Below the pieces are notes generated by a model. That model had not been told where the DNA came from. It did not search any database and was given only the letters and a program-made list of their open reading frames with translations. This document shows positions 60,660 to 64,000 of a stretch of DNA of 64,000 nucleotides, piece by piece. The stretch comes from the human T2T-CHM13v2.0 reference genome, Homo sapiens. The position numbers were made by a program, and so were the translations under genes. How positions within the stretch are numbered: position 1 is the first letter of the stretch; each line of letters opens with the position of its first letter. Where the stretch lies: NCBI RefSeq assembly GCF_009914755.1, contig NC_060944.1; one strand, 5' to 3'.

Positions 60660-63600
60660 TCACAGCGCACCCTGCTGGCGAATCTGTGGGAAAACAGGCT
60701 CTCAAGTCCACTGCGGGTGCAAGAGTAAATAGCACTTACACATCTGGGAATTTACTCTTTACACATTTGCATATACAAGCTTTGCCACTGTAGTACTGTT
60801 TGTAACAGCAAAACCCAGGAGACACCCACATGTCCTTCACAACAAATGACCTCCAAAATCTACTGTTAAATGGAAAAAGATGTAGATAGTGGTGGGCAGG
60901 CTGACACACTTGTGAATAAGAATCGCTGCAGATCTATTGGATCTAAGATGCCAGGAGTGACAAAGCCACCATTAATTTATATGCCACTAAGAAAGACCAT
61001 TGCTGATTAAATTGGCACAATGCTTAGAATTTTATATTTGAGAACTCATTTAGACTTATTTAGACATGAATTTATATCATATCAACTTTGGGCACAAATA
61101 AAAAGGAAACATATAGACAAAATAAATATGTTAAGGTATTAGGTGACACCAGGACTGCCTTCTTGTATGATGCATTCTGATTTCAGAGTTGCTAAAATAT
61201 GGGAAACAATGGATGCCTCAGAATAGACAGAGAGTATCGGCTTGTATTTAGGAACTCTGCAAGGACAACTAAGAAACTTATAGTGGGGAGGGAGGGAGGG
61301 AGGGGAAATTGGGCAAATGGCATGGATAAGAAGGGAGGTATCTAAGACATTTTTTGGCACCATGTAAATATATTACCTATTTAAAAGTAATTTTTTTTAA
61401 AAAGGCCATTCCCAGGTCATAGTCAAGATTTTGAACTTCATTTAGAAGTACAGCTTCTTCCCTCTCTCAGGGGCAGGGTCGCAGGGGACATGGGGAAGGG
61501 CCTGCTGGTTTCCTGTGGCCGGTGCAGATGCTCTGGGCTTCCCTCTAGGGTGCACTTGTTGGTTCTTCAGATCTTGGTTCACTTCCCTTGAGGAAGCCAA
61601 TAGATTCTCTAGCTGGCTGCTTGTAACTCCTCCCTCAGTCCTGCAACCCAAGGTCTATCTTGCACTAAGGTCCCTCTGTCCTTCCAGAGCAAGACCCAGG
61701 ACAGTCCAGTCTGGCTGCCTCATGGGTCCACATTTGGCTGATGGGACATATAGCACAAGCTCCCTCACACCAAGTTCTCTTTGCTTCATCAGCCTCTTGC
61801 TTTCAAGATTGCTCAGGTGTGAGGTGGGTGCCTGGCACCTTCGTCATCTCCAAGCTCTTGAGTGGTCTCCTTGAGACACCAATCCCTAGGCTGAGGGAGA
61901 AGGAAAGCTCCCCCTTCCCCTGTGCACTCAAAGCCCTCCAGTAACTTCCTTTAAAGAAAACTCTTCTCAGAGCTCCAACTTGAACCTTTAACGTCTTTGG
62001 TGTGGGAAAGAGGCAAGGAGACACACAGCTAGTTTTTGACCATGTCTTTGAAAGCCCTGTGTGTGGACAGCAATGCATCCTGGGAGGTGGAGTAGCTAGG
62101 CCCCCTATTGCCTTGGGAACCCAGCCAAATTGGGATGGAAATAATTCCATCTTAGTATATTGTCACATGGATGATCAAACTAAGGAACCTGCCGAGGCCA
62201 CACAGCTAGTACCCAGCAGGCTGACTCCTAAGCCTGAGCTTTTCCTGCTGCAGGTGGTTCACCCAGAGCTGACTTAAAATAAGCTCATGGTACAGAGGCC
62301 AGGCCAGGAGGATGGAGTTAGATGGCCCTTGGTTCAAACTCAGTTGTCATTTATTAGTAGTGTGTCCTTGACTGCTTTCTCCTCTCTGATTCTCCGATCA
62401 TTTAACCAATAGACGTTTAATGGCCAGGTTGTCTACCACGTGCAAGGCACTCAATTTCATTCTCTGTAAAGATGTGAATAATAAAAGCACCTGTTTCACA
62501 GGAGTGTTGAGAATTAATGAGATCATGCTCAAGTGTTTGACAGCGCCCGGCACATGGTAAGGGCTACACAGCAGCACCTATTGTCATTCATAAAGTTCCT
62601 CCTATGCGTCAAGGGCTTCACAGACATCTTTAATCCCCATAGTCTAAGAGGTAGGAACTACCATTATCCCTGTTTTCTGAATGAGGAAGCCAAGGCTCAG
62701 AGAAGCTTAGGTGACTTGTCTAAGGTCATGCCTGGTATAAGATGGAACCTAAGTTCAAAGCCTGCCCCAAGCCTCCACATGCCCTCTGAGTTTGTCTCTT
62801 GAGGAAGGACAACTTTTTTGCCTTTTCGTCAGAGAACCAACCTTTAATCACCCTTCACAACCCAGTTCAAGGGTGTCCGCTTCCGTTTTCCCTGTCCCTC
62901 CCTGCCCGACCCAATCGTCCCTCCTGCCACTGCCTTTGTGCCTGCCTTTTTCACAGCAGTAGAGCCTCGGGGTCAAGGGCTGTGGCTCTGCGTTCAGGTA
63001 GTTGGGGATTCAAATGCCTCTTACTCCGTGTGTGGCTTCAGGCAAGTCCCATCACCGCTCTAAGCCTCAGTAACTTCTTCCATAGTGGGCTAACCATGGT
63101 ACCCTTGGGTTGTTAAGGCACAAACGGCCTGGCACAAAGTGAGTGCTCAAATGATGGCAGCTGCTATTACGATTAGTAGTAGCAAGTCCTAGTCCTGGCA
63201 TTGAGGTTCTCAGTTGCTCAACACGGAGGGTAACTGGCCCTTAATAAACCTCTTGGTCCAGCTGAGACAGGGCAAGAAGGGACTGGGGACATTCCTGTCA
63301 CACCCGCTTCCTACCCCAGACACATCTTCTTAGCACCTGTTGCAGGAACACCCTGTGGCTCTAGGTGCCCTTTAGGACGCCCCCTCATGGCTGAGAACCT
63401 GCTTTGGGAGGAGGGACTGCAGTTCCCAAGCAGGCACCACATGGGGGTGCTTTAAAAGCCTTCTTGCCTTCCATCCTTTTAGATAAGGTCTGGTCTCCAT
63501 TTCACAGGTTCATCCAAGCACGCACTTGTTGAGGATCTACTATGCGTCAGACACCATGCCACCTGCTCCGGATACAAGAGTGAGGAACAGGCATTTCTGC

Positions 63601-64000
63601 CCTCATGGAGTTTATAAGCTAGTGGGGGGACCAAGGAAACAAGCACGTTAATAAATAGAGTACATATTAGATGGAGCAGAGAGAAGAAAAATGAAGCAGG
63701 TCAAAGGGATGGAGGGTGGTGGGAAGGGGCCAGGGCCTATGGGGCTCTGCAGGTCTTAGAAGTTTCCAGGGGTAATGGAAAGCTCCCAAGGACGTTAAAG
63801 GATGGGAGTGGCAGGCTGTGGTTAATGGTGCCAAAGAAGCCCTTTGCCTGGGTGGGGCAAGGGCAGAAGCTGGGGGACTGATGAGATTCTGCAGTCATAG
63901 GTGAGTGACTACGGAGGCTGGCCCAGATGATCGTAGGGGAGGGGTGACCAGGGGCACCCAGAGTATTGCTGATGGACTGGACATGGCATGAGATGAGGCC

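Noticed and set aside
61730-61770. LCY motif resembling MFSD2 exon 2
   Set aside because: Too short; GGAPYQ and the rest of the exon are absent.
63305-63470. gccATG MRGRPKGH... with upstream GATA and TTTAAA as a possible first exon of the pseudogene
   Set aside because: No testable homology, since the N-termini are not conserved, and the donor phase is unconvincing.

Overview
Primate (most likely human, 20p13) genomic DNA. The left part holds the 5' end of FKBP1A on the minus strand: coding exons 1-2, the 80-nt intron 1 mirtron MIR6869, a CpG-island promoter and about 16 kb of intron 2. A deleted betaretrovirus-like HERV-K(HML-6)/LTR3 provirus lies about 3.7 kb upstream (19989-25895, + strand). 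The rest is a repeat-dense interval of Alu, L1, L2, MIR, LTR and DNA-transposon copies. The main non-obvious result is a decayed, intron-containing MFSD2-family lysolipid-transporter gene on the minus strand. Four clear exons and one weaker exon (47051-40101) match MFSD2A/B exons 6-10 in peptide, order and splice phase, and carry stops and frameshifts. They sit upstream of and co-oriented with FKBP1A, as MFSD2B does with FKBP1B, which suggests a lost third ohnolog (unitary pseudogene). The window also has at least five short inverted templated duplications. One of them preserves an 8-nt stretch lost from the pseudogene exon. Repeat subfamily names and MFSD2 reference sequences are from recall and need database confirmation; many repeat boundaries are approximate.
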